This document shows positions 36,032 through 47,700 of a DNA stretch of 64,000 nt, in pieces. The notes beneath the pieces are model-generated. The model did not search any database. It was not told the origin of the DNA and was given only the letters and a program-made list of their open reading frames with translations. A program made the position numbers and the translations under genes. Source of the DNA: Lytechinus pictus (lineage: Eukaryota); contig NW_026974140.1 of assembly GCF_037042905.1 (NCBI RefSeq), positions 1,676,001 through 1,740,000 on the forward strand, read 5' to 3'. Position 1 is the stretch's first letter, and each line of letters starts with the position of its first letter.

Positions 36032-37162
36032 GAATGTCGAACTATTATTATTTACAAATAATGAAGTATTACTTGGAATTATATATAAATAATTAGAAAT
36101 GATATTTTATATAATAGTATTTATTTACAAATAAAATGTAAATTATATATAAATAATAGTTATTATTTAATAAATAATGATTATATAACAAATAATTGTT
36201 CTATATAATATTGGTACATTCGGCGCCTCATAGAAAGCAGCCGACATGGCCTCGACAAGAGGCGACTAATTGTTTGGCTACATCGTCTAAAACAGAATTC
36301 TGTTTTTAGACGATGTAGCCAAACGATTAGTGGATCAGTGAATGAACTACTTTATACCATTAGCGAGGGCAGTAATGGATGGCTCATATAACATTTGGTT
36401 TTACTTCTGTGTTTATAATCAACAGTTGAAAAACTGTGCCACCTGATTTCCTTTGAATATTCATGTCAAAACAATTCTTTTATTGTATATATGACATGTG
36501 TGATTATGATTTGTAAATAAAGTTTTCATTTGAAAAGTAAAAAAGTCTTTCTTTCTTCTCTCTTCGTTTATCTGCTTTTCTTTTTTCTCCCCTATCCTCA
36601 ATTTTGCCAAAATTTTAGGACAAAATACATTTTTTTTAAAATACCTCGCGCTTCGCGCTCGCACTATTTAAATAAGGCCTATGAAATTATCATATATTTA
36701 TGTTGATTTATAAGAATATAGCTTAGAAGTGACTATTAGGACTACACTTTCAAAGAAACGAACAAATTCAACTTCAAGCGGCCGATCTGGGAAAATGTGG
36801 CTTAAAAAATCCCCCCCCCCCCTTATTGGCGAAGGCTGGATCCGCCCATGCAAACGATCCAAAATTATGTATAAAAACACCCAGAAATTTGCACAAAATT
36901 CAAGTTATTTTTCACGATCGGTTCTTTCAGAAATAATTTTAATACAATACATTTATCCACTTGGTAGCACACATTACCATTTTTACATTAGGAATGTTCG
37001 TCTTCAAACAAATTCTATTTCGTTAAATTCAGTTAAAAGTATATCGTCAGCTGGTGACGCAATATGAGCTCCAATGATTGATTGGTTATCATTATTACTA
37101 GTAGTAGGAGTAGTAGTAGCAGTAAATAATAATAATAATAATCTATACTACTGCCGCGGCAT

Positions 37163-38180
37163 GCCGGTGTGTTGGCACAATAAGTATAGAGCGTCCACCT
37201 TACAACCGAAATCGGGAGCTCAAGCCGGGTGCGTCAGACCAAAGACGTTAAAAAGAAGGGTATTTGTCGTTCGGCGATTTAACCCTAAAACCGCCGGTGG
37301 GGAGTTGAATCACCCCCCCCCCCCTCGACATTTTCCGCGGCCATTCCGCTGCGCGAAATTTGTCGACCGCGCCGCTCGCTTACTTTATACTTCCAAGTCT
37401 TGCGCATCTTTGAGACCAATTAATAATGATGCCCGGGTATGCGATTGAAAAATTACGCAACATTACGTTAGTGTATGGGATTGCCACACCAGGCGTTTGT
37501 ACATCACCCATTCAGATCCAGAAGTCCACGTCAGACCCCAAATTGCTTCAAAAACGTGATTTTGTGTACAAAGTCAATGTAAATTAGTTTTTTTTTAAAT
37601 CTTATTCATAAAGATGACTATTTTTACTTTCATTGGCTGAAATTAATTGATTTTAACATAATTATGCTTCAAAAGGTTTCTGCTATAAATTTGGCGAAAA
37701 AACAAAGAAAAACAAAAGGTCGAAAAACAAATAAATATACATAAGAAATTCAGAAAACAACGAAATACATAAGTTCTTTTTTTTTCCTTTGTAATTGTTA
37801 GACATTATACAAATATCAACACCAAAAAATTAGCATTATAGGAGCTTTCTTAGTGAATAGAGGAAAAAGTGTAAGCATAACGTAATTCATATTAAAAAAA
37901 ATCTTATCATTTCGGAAAATTAACCATACAGCCTTGCAAATCACATCCCATACTATCATGCCAGTTTTCATGGCGTTCACGCGGATCGGCGGCCGAGATC
38001 TCAAGGGGGTCAAATCAACACCCCCGGTCATAACACCCCAAAAAAGCGCGGCCTTGTTAGGATTTAGAGATAGAATTACATAGTGGCTGCCGGGCCCACC
38101 ATCATTTGGGCATAATGAATTTTCGGAGGATTTCGATTTCAGACAATAAAATATAAAAGGCTACTTCTTATAATATAATA
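37163..38180 (+). mobile_element. Degraded tRNA-derived SINE interrupted at a TTAA by a piggyBac-like MITE
   Basis: tRNA-like head CCGGTGTGTTGGC...AGAGCGTCC, then GTCAGACCAAAGACGTTAAAA; the body appears to resume after ~38065 and ends in an AT-rich tail. Confidence 0.5.
37283..38063. mobile_element. piggyBac-like MITE
   Basis: TTAA|CCCTAA...GCCG at the left end and degenerate CGGCC...TTAGGA|TTTA at the right; inverted subterminal GGGAGTTGAATCACCCCC / GGGGGTCAAATCAACACCC. Confidence 0.6.
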
Positions 38181-38709
38181 ATAACAATTTATTATTTTGT
38201 CTCTACTGAACCTTGCCAAGTATGCACAATACCCCCCCCCCCCCCCCCAGTTATTGCACCACGCTGACCACGTATGCTAGATGTGTTAACAGTTACTTTA
38301 TAACTTCACGATTCGTGTTAATGCGCTCATGAAATGCAGTATTTGACAGAATAAGTCTTTAAACATCTCTTTTTGATCAGTAGTCCTTTAAGAAGAACTT
38401 TTCATTTCTATTTTAAGCAATTTACCGCGGGAAGTGCATTTCAACAATGTATGATCTGATGATAAATATTATTTGGAACAAACAGCTATCAATTAACGTC
38501 CGTCCAACGTCGTGGAGAGTGTAGGCGTCATTTCCGGGCAATTAATATTATGCTTGTATGTCAACGATCAACGACGACATCTTACTGCATATTAATTTAT
38601 CAATACATCGTTCCAAATCCTTGGTAGCTATCGTAAAATGCCTGCGAAGAACAATACTTTCTTCCAATATTATGTTCACTGAATGAATATCAGGATTAAT
38701 ATTATTTTG

Positions 38710-41700
38710 TCAAACATTATCTTGATCCTGATCCGTACTACATTCCTTTTCACTTCTCTCGATATCCTCCCAAATTGGGGCGTCACAGGGGGCATCTGAA
38801 TAAAGGAAAAGACACAGAGAAAAAGACGATAGATTAACTACTTTAATAATGAAAATGTAGGCAAACTGTTTCATACTTGTATTTTGTTTAAACTTTTTAT
38901 CGCTTTCGCCTCGAGTGTCGTAAGTCCTCGTCTTGCAAAACAATATCTATCTTCTTCTTGTCAATTTTCTGCCCTACCCTTTACCCTTTTGTCGTTCTTT
39001 CGTCTCAGTTGTAATCGATCCCTTTTATAAACTACATTTCGCCAGCATTTCATCTTGCCTCGTCTTCTCTCCTAAAGGTCTTGTCTTGGTTCTTTTAAGC
39101 TAAAGGTTTTGCCTTCTTAATAAACAATTCGTCATGTACTTTTGCAAGGCCCTAGCTCTTGTAGCCTTTTATCTCGACCCAGTGGCGCCACTACATTCAG
39201 ATAAGACAAAAGTTGAGAATAGCAAGATTATTGTTCGACCAAAGGGCCTCTTGTCTGATCAGAATGTTCCACTACCAGTATCATACCCTCTCGTTAGTCT
39301 CTCTTAATTCCTACTGTAAACTTTTGTATTTTGTTTATCTTGCCCCTGAAGTAATCGACACCCGCATAAGTCTAATTCTGTCTTGTATATTATTTTCATC
39401 TTGACCTCTTGAAAGTCTTCCGTCTTGTCCTCTTGTAAGTCTTCCATCTTGTCCTCTTGTAAGTCTTCCGTCTTGTCCTCTTGTAAGTCATCCATCTTGT
39501 CCTCTTGTAAGTCATCCGTCTTGTCCTCTTGTAAGTCTTCCGACTTGTCCTCTTGTAAGTCTTCCGACTTGTCCTCTTGTAAGTCTTCCGTCTCGTCCTC
39601 TTGTAAGTCTTCCATCTTGTCCTCTTGTAAGTCTTCCAACTTGTCCTCTTGTAAGTCTTCCAACTTGTCCTCTTGTGAGTCTTCCGTCTTGACCTCTTGT
39701 AATTCTTTCGTCTGCCCTCTTGTAAGTCTCCCCGTCTTATCCTTGTAAGTCATCCGTCTTGTCCTCTTGTAAGTCTTCCGACTTGTCCTCTTGTAAGTCT
39801 TCCGTCTTGTCCTCTTGTACGTCTTCCGTCATGTCCTCTTGTAAGTCTTTCGCCTATTTGTCCTCTTGTAAGTCTTCCGTCTTGACCTCTTGTAAGTCTT
39901 TCGTCTTGCCCTCTTGTAAGTCCTTCGTCTTCCCCTCATGTAAGTCTTCCGACTTGTCCTCTTGTAAGTCTTCCGTCTTGCCCTCTTGTAAGTCTCCCCT
40001 TCTTATCCTTGTAAGTCATCCGTCTTTTCCTCTTGTAAGTCTTCCGTCTTGCCCTCTTGTAAGTCTCCCCGTCTTATCTTTGTAAGTCTTCCGTCTTGTC
40101 CTCTTGTACGTCTTCCGTCTTGTCCTCTTGTAAGTCTTTCGCCTATGTGTCCTCTTGTAAGTCTTCCGTCTTGACCTCTTGTAAGTCTTTCGTCTTGCCC
40201 CCTTGTAAGTCTCCCCGACTTATCCTTGTAAGTCATCCGTCTTGTCCTCTTGTAAGTCTTTCGCCTATGTGTCCTCTTGTAAGTCTTCCGTCTTGACCTC
40301 TTGTAAGTCTTTCGTCTTGCCCCCTTGTAAGTCTCCCCGACTTATCCTTGTAAGTCATCCGTCTTATCCTCTTGTAAGTCTTCCGTCTTGTCCTCTTGTA
40401 AGCCTTCCGTCTCGTCCTCTTGTAAGTCTTCCGCCTATGTGTCCTCTTGTAAGTCTTCCGTCTTGTCCTCTTGAGTCTTTCGCCTTTGTGTCCTCATGTG
40501 AGTCTTTCGCCTTGCCCTCTTGTAAGTCTTTCGTCTTGCCTTATTGCAAGCCTTTCGTCTTGTCCACTCAGTGTAATTCTTTTGCCTTTTCCTCTTTACG
40601 CACGTAAGTCTTTCGTCTTGCCCGTGCAAGACATTCAGTTCATCTTGTCTCTTGGCACGTTTTTCGTCTTTCCTTCTTGTATATACGTCTGTTTGTATTT
40701 AAAAAAAGAGTTAAGATGCGTTGTGCATCCTGCCCAACCTGATGCATCGATCCTGTTTAAAAGATTATACCTTTGAACCTGATGGTGTGTTCTGTTGTAA
40801 AGTTACAGTCGTTATCATAATAACGCCCAAATAACCCAGATCAGAACTAAGGGAACATTGTTTTTGTTCGGGTTCAATAAAATATAGGCATCTCGCTGAA
40901 TTGAAAATCATCAAGTTGTAAAATAGTCATTATATTGTGGTCAAGTATTATAGCAAGAATATAATCTAAATCTCTTCTGAAATATTAAACTCAGCCATTA
41001 ATGGCATTGCACGTCGTTTACTGAAAAATTGAACGAATCACGCATCTGAATATTCTCATTAACATGAGCTACATTAACAGATGATATTCAAGAAAATTTC
41101 CCTATTTAACCAAACGTAACTGAGAACATACAATAAAAGTCTCTCACTAAAATACACCATTTCCTGTTCCTTTTGGCTCCTCCATATTTTCATCTTTTCA
41201 AAGTTTCCATAAGATTTATTGTACGTAGGCCTTATATGTTAAGTAAAAAGCGGAAATAAATAAATGAATTTCATACCCTTCATTTTGCATTTCTCCGGTT
41301 CTTCATCCACGTCTGCCTCCTCCTCTTTCTTTTTTCGTCTCATGACAAAAACGGTGATGAAGAAAAAGATGACAAGTGTCAAAAGACAGAGAGTCCCGGT
41401 ACACCTGAACAGTAGCCTCGCACCATAGTTTTCATAGATGATACCACCCACAGCATTACCAACTCCAGCACCTACAATAGGAAGCAAGAAAGCTGAATGG
41501 AAAAGTAATGTTCCCCTAGTATTTGCAGTGCACGTGCTCACCATGGTCAAGTGCCCTTATACATCTGGCACTATCTCATCATGCGATATTCGAAGTCCAC
41601 ATCCACACCACATCACATATTTTTTTCACAATAAGATTTTGCCGCAAACCGGGGATAGGAGGAATTTGGAGTATTGTTTGACGGTGGTCATAGGCATTAG

Positions 41701-44700
41701 GCAAACGTAATGGTGACATCTTTTTTGTGATAAAAAGGCCAATGTATATCATCTATGAAAATCAATTTGTACATTTCTTTCTCCCTTTTTCTGTTCTTTC
41801 CATTTCCCAGGACTCCGCTCTTTTTAACTCATCACTTAAAATGACAAAACCGGTCTATCACCTGTGGCTCCTGTTTGCAATGTTTGCATTGCTGGATGTA
41901 ATGGTATTCAGCTTCTTCAAATGTTACCTCAATTATATAAGATTTGAAGGAAAACTATTTAAAAAAATGTAAACATGAAAAAAACCTCGCATCTTAGTTG
42001 TTTCCATTTTAACTGCAGAAGCCTACTTCAAAATTTTGACAGCCTGTCGTCGTTTTTATTCTTTGCTTTCTTTACAATCTACAATCATAGGTTTAGCCGA
42101 AACCTGGTTGAATTAGAATTGATTTGTTGATTTTTGTGATATTAATAATCATGTATTCATTAGCAATGGACGTAAATCAAAGAGAGTTGGAGGTGTGGGG
42201 ATGTACATACGCAAGGATATTCACTAAATGAGAAAAGTATATATAAGTAGATATGAATTTGAGTTCTTCTTCAACAGGAATTTTATTGGCTGAAATTGAT
42301 ATTGACCATCAACAGATTTTAATTGGTCTATTGTATATACCCCCAACCTATCGACAGACCAATTTTTAACTTATTTAAATGAAGTTTTACATATTGTGCA
42401 ATCAGAAAAGAAATACTTGATAGGTGATTTAACATAAAACATGAGGGCAAAGTGCAATAGGTAGATGAATTTCTTGATACAATGCTTTCTAACAACTTGT
42501 TTCCTTTAATCAGATATCCATCACGTATTTCATCAATTTCATTAACTCTCATTGATCACTTACAAAATGATCCCGAAATATGTCATTCAGGCTATTTATA
42601 TCGGATATCAGTGACAACTTTCCTATATTTCGTATTGCTCATAAAAATCGAAGCATACCGAGAAAGGACAATTTTATTTATAAAAGAGATATAAATGATG
42701 ATAACATATTGCAATTTGCGCACATTAATTTTTTTATAACACTTAGTGGTACTTTTTAATCTGAATACCAGTGAAACTTATGATAAATTTCATGATATTT
42801 TCACAAAGGCGTATGAGTCGTGTAAGAATAAAGAAAAGGGTTATACGTGCACCTTGGTTCAATGAAGAAATAAATAAAAAACTCATGAAAAAGAGGAACA
42901 GGTTATATAAACTCTATTTGAATAATAAAGCAATATATATAAATACTGTATATGAACAAATTAGAAATAAAACTGTTGATAAGATTAAGCAAGCTAAGAA
43001 AAAATATTGTAGAAACCAACTAAATAAAGCAAAAGGAAACATGACCAAAACTTAGAATGTCATTAACATGGCTTTAGGTAAAGAGAATAAGAAAACTCAT
43101 GTTAGTAAAATAGTTCTTGATGATGGTAGTGTTTTTAATGAAAAGGTAATTTCAGATGTTTTTAATGGTTTTTTGTCAAAGTTGGATTCAACCTGAATAA
43201 TAAATGTTGTTTCATGTAATAATAACCATGTTGGAAAGTACATTTCAATCCTACCTCTCCATGTGAAATTGTTAATATCATTAAGAATTTCAAGAGCAAT
43301 ACAAGTGCCGGTTATGACGATATTAGTATGGAAGTTGTTAAGAAATTCAATATTTTTATATGAAAACCATTGTCTGAAATGATTAATGAATGTTTTAACT
43401 GTGGTGTTTTTCCAGATAAATTGAAATTACCTCGTGTAATTCCAATTTTTTAAAGTGGATCTCGAGAAGCGCTATCAAATTATCGGCCAATTTCCGTCTT
43501 GCCAGTTTTTTCAGAGGTCTTTAAGAAATGCATATACAATCGTCTTTTATCTTTTATTCAAAAGTGCAATATTTTGTTTTTAAATCAGTGTGGTTTTCGA
43601 GCCAGGAATTCCACATATCATGCTTTAACCAATTTTATTCGCAATGTAACAAATGCTATTGATAATGAAGAAGTGGTGCTAGGTATATTTTTAGATTTAA
43701 GTAAAGCATTTGAAACGCTCGATCACGATATTTTGATTTACAAATTACAACTTTATGGTATTAGAGGAGCTGTGAATGATTTGTTCAAAAGTTAATTGCA
43801 ACGTATGGAGCAGTTTGTCACTGTCAAAGGTTTTGAATCAGAGAGGAAGCCTCTACGGTGTGGAGTGCCCCAAGGGTCCATTCTTGAACCTCTGTTCTTT
43901 TATATCAATGATTTGTGCAATACATCTGAGGTTTTAAAGTACGTTTTATTTGCCGACGACACTAGCACCTTTCTGTCACATAAAAATCCATTTGAATTAC
44001 AAAGTATTTTAATGATGATCTTAATTACATTTCAAATTGGTTGTATGTGAACAAACTCAGTTAATGTAAAGAAAACTAATTTCATGATGTTGATATCGAT
44101 CAAATAACCATAGGCCTTGCTGGCTATTGAACATGTCCCATCTTTGAAATTTCTTGTCGTGACAATTGATAACAAGTTGACATGGAAACCCCATCTTAAC
44201 ATCATTTGTAATAGAATATCAAAGAATTTAGAAATATTATTCAGAATCAAAATGTTACCATCTGTGATTTTAAAAATGATTTACAATGCTATTATTGCCC
44301 TTTTCTTGATTATGGTATTTATGTATGGGGAGGTGCAGCCAACATTTATCTTGATAGACGTTTAGAATTAGAAAAACGTGCAATAAGAATATTAAATCAT
44401 TCATCTTTTTAGCCCATACTTAAGTTTAACCCATACTTTATAATTTGAAACTTTTAAACATTTATGACATATATCAATAACCTATTTGAATTTGAATGAA
44501 TAAAAAATTGAATTGAAAAAAAATGAAATTACTTTAACCTGAATTGCAACATACATTATTATCCTACTAGAAATGCAAATAATTTTCATCTCTTAAAATA
44601 AGAACGTCACTGTCACAACAATCCATCATTTATCAGGGTCTTGTAGTTTGGAATTCACTGACAGATGAAATACGTAATGCAAAAACACTTACTGTAATTT

Positions 44701-47700
44701 ATTCAAAACAACATTCAAAGGATTCATTTTTGCGAACTACAATAGCCATGATAGCTGAATGAATTATGTATACGCTTGTATTATTATAATGATTGCAAAT
44801 GTGTTATAGGGAATTGCACTTTTTATGTCTTGGTTCATTGTTTATGTGTATTTTCAAGTATTATTTTTTAAACATTATTTACTATATCCCCGAATGTTAT
44901 TATTGCTTTTTTTATGTCACTTTTTCATTTGTTGATGGGTCGGCCTATAATTATAAGGATTTTCCCCCCTTTGGTTGTTACCCCTCAGTACGATTCTGAA
45001 CCATAATGCAATTTTGACTGTTTTGTACATCGATTTGTATTACATGTATTTCAACTTTGTATTATTTGTTTTTTATGTAAGGTTTTACTGAGAGAATAAA
45101 ACAATTTGAAATTTTAATTGACCAGTGATCTGTCTCATTAACAATTCCCTGATTGGACTTACCAAAACCCATGAAGCAACAGGCAACTATTGATTGAAGG
45201 GTGCTGGCCATCCCTTTAGGCGCTGTTTTATTGGCGAATGCTGTAAACATGGGCCACGAGAGACCATATGTTATACCATGAAGAAGTTGAACGGGAAGGA
45301 TAAGCCAAGGGTTGTAAACAAATGAGTAACCAAAGTATCTGATAGCATATGCTATTAAAGTCATATACATCACACCTGTAAAAGACATGAGATTGTATGA
45401 CGAGTTAGTGAACATATCTTCCTTTACAGAAGATAAAATTCGAAGAGCCTGCAATTAGACTCCATGATAAAATTACAAATTGACATAACTAATGAACCTA
45501 CTTTTTTCTGAGCACTAATCTAAGCCTGATACATTCTGGGGAGAGTGAATACTTTCCCTTAAATTTCACAGCCTTATCCACTATGATCTTGCTTCCCACA
45601 TTCAACATGTTCAATGGTGAAAATGAGATCGATTGAAATTATTTGAAAGTCTTATTTGGATGTGGAGCAAAGAAGCACGGGAAGAATTAAAATTAATGTC
45701 GTCAGTACATTATGTCTTGCAATATGGGCTAGGGCAGTTCATTATTTCATTATTTGTTTAGGCCTACTTTCATGTCTAAATAATGGCGACAGCTAGGGAA
45801 TAAACAGGGAGACAATTAAGCCAATGATAGAGGTAATGTTAGAGCTCACATGGCATGTCTTCATAGTCCTTTGATGCCAAAACGTTCTTACCTGCGTAAC
45901 CAACACGCTTGATTATAGCTCCTGAGAAATACATGAAAGGGATTTCAGCGATGGCGGTTAAGGTGACAGCCAGACCAAGAAGCAAGTAGGGACTGCCCAG
46001 TTCTTTCATGAAGATGAACACATAGGTGAAACTTAAAATGAAGGAGATACCGGTCACAACGACCACGATGAGGAACAGGATTACCTCCCAATCGCACAAT
46101 ACTGTCTGCAATAGAATATTCAATTAAATTAATCAATTCAACATACTTTATGGAAGTATAAAGAATTGATCATTTTAAGTTTCAAATCTATAGAAATCCA
46201 TCAGTGTCATATTTTTTTCAACAAGAAATTTGTAATATGTCCTTTGTAAACAATGAAGAACACACCAAATTGTCAAGAAATCAATGAATAATACATTTAT
46301 ATCTAGAACAAATTTCGAACAAACATGCATTTTACATGTTGACATTGCTGGCTTTCCATAGTTGCGATTGATCGGATCAATCGCAGCTCTTTGTAAGACG
46401 CAGCCCAGGCCTGTTAATAAAATTCGCGTTATGATGCTTATAATACCCCTTTCATAAACCCAATAAAACCTATCCTCCAATTAGCCGCCTTAGAGTAATG
46501 CGAATAATTCAATAAAAATTGCGTTCGCAAACTCCGAAAATTATCCGCATTATTTTTACGAGCGCCCGTCCTGAAAAAGGCGGATAATCGTCATGAAAAC
46601 TGGACACGCCCCCTCCGATGCGGTTGTGTTGGAAAAGGGTGACCTTGTGACCGCACCATGGCAATTATCCGCATTATTTGGAAATACGTTCATAAACTCA
46701 AAATCTTGTCCCGATGCCGCTACTATGCGGATAATAGCAGCAACTCTTGTCCTCCTCTGATTTTACGACCAAATTATGCTGCTATTAGCCGCATAATTGG
46801 GTTTTATTGGGTTTATGAAAGGGGTATTAGATTAATAAAGAAGATACAATTTTTGTGAATTCCCGATAACTAAATTGTCCCCATTTTCAGAATGGAATAT
46901 TGAAAATTTTCATCTCGCGCTTAGGAAGAGGAATATGAAGAGAGTCATCATTTCATAAGATGACAAAATGGTCCTTAGGAATGCTGGAACTACGGTGGGA
47001 AAAATAATTTCGCGTCCCGGTCCTAGGTAAAAATAATAAAAAACAATAGCAGCTTGCGGCAGTGCTTCCACTCTTCCTGGAATCCAGGAAATTCCAGGAA
47101 GTTTTGCTATTTTCCAGGATCATTCCAGGAAGTGAGAAATTCCAGGAAGTATATCATTTTCGAGGAATGATATTATATTATCTGAATATTATGGCAAACT
47201 CTATCACAAAATTGGATCATTTTAATTAAAATGTCAAAATTTTTGCTCGCTCGCTCGCGACTTTTTATTAACTTTTCCTGTTACGTCATGTTTTGCCCCC
47301 TTAACATTTTTGGCTCAATTACGGCACTGGGCCCTATATTTCATTTTGTGTGTGTGTATAGAAGAGAATCATAATTTATATGGAAGACTGGAGAACCGTT
47401 CAGAAAATTCCAGGATATTTAGTAAAATTCCAAGAACTTTCAGAGTAAATTCCATGCAGGAAGTTCCGTTTTGAAAAGTGGAAGCACTGGCTCGCGGTCG
47501 AATTATTTCTTAAGTGCGATCCATATCCACTTCACAATTTTCCTACATAGTGCTTGAAAAGTGCTTAATTTGATCTATTATCAGATCTAAATATCAAGTT
47601 TAATAATCAGGGATTGATCGATTTGATTAAAAGTGCATCGCGACTTTGCCCTAATTGCTATCCCGCTGTGACGGTCCTTGAGAGTATGTCAATAATATTT

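Larger units (their letters stand above)
31495..36232. mobile_element. 4.74-kb near-perfect palindromic (foldback) element with 6-bp TSD
   Basis: Arms 31495-33841 and 33887-36232 with a 45-bp spacer; termini TATGAGGCGCC...GGCGCCTCATA; GAAAGC on both flanks. Confidence 0.93.
30597..36265 (-). mobile_element. AcademH-like internally deleted DNA transposon
   Basis: TIR TAGCCTCTTGTCGAGGCC...GGCCTCGACAAGAGGCGA, 9-bp TSD CTAATTGTT (30588-30596 and 36266-36274), RecQ-like helicase remnant inside. Confidence 0.8.

Noticed and set aside
31495..36232. Assembly or foldback-read artefact as the explanation for the giant palindrome
   Set aside because: Disfavoured: it has a clean 6-bp TSD, the host element and its own TSD resume afterwards, and the arms differ by a non-homopolymer indel. 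Read-level confirmation is still needed.
31495..36232. Polinton/Maverick
   Set aside because: The 6-bp TSD and long TIR fit, but termini are TATG...CATA rather than AG...CT, and no pPolB, integrase or capsid remnants are visible.
39304..40776. Acidic or Ser/Cys-rich repeat proteins in the ORF track
   Set aside because: These are translations of a 24-bp intronic minisatellite with frame-shifting units.
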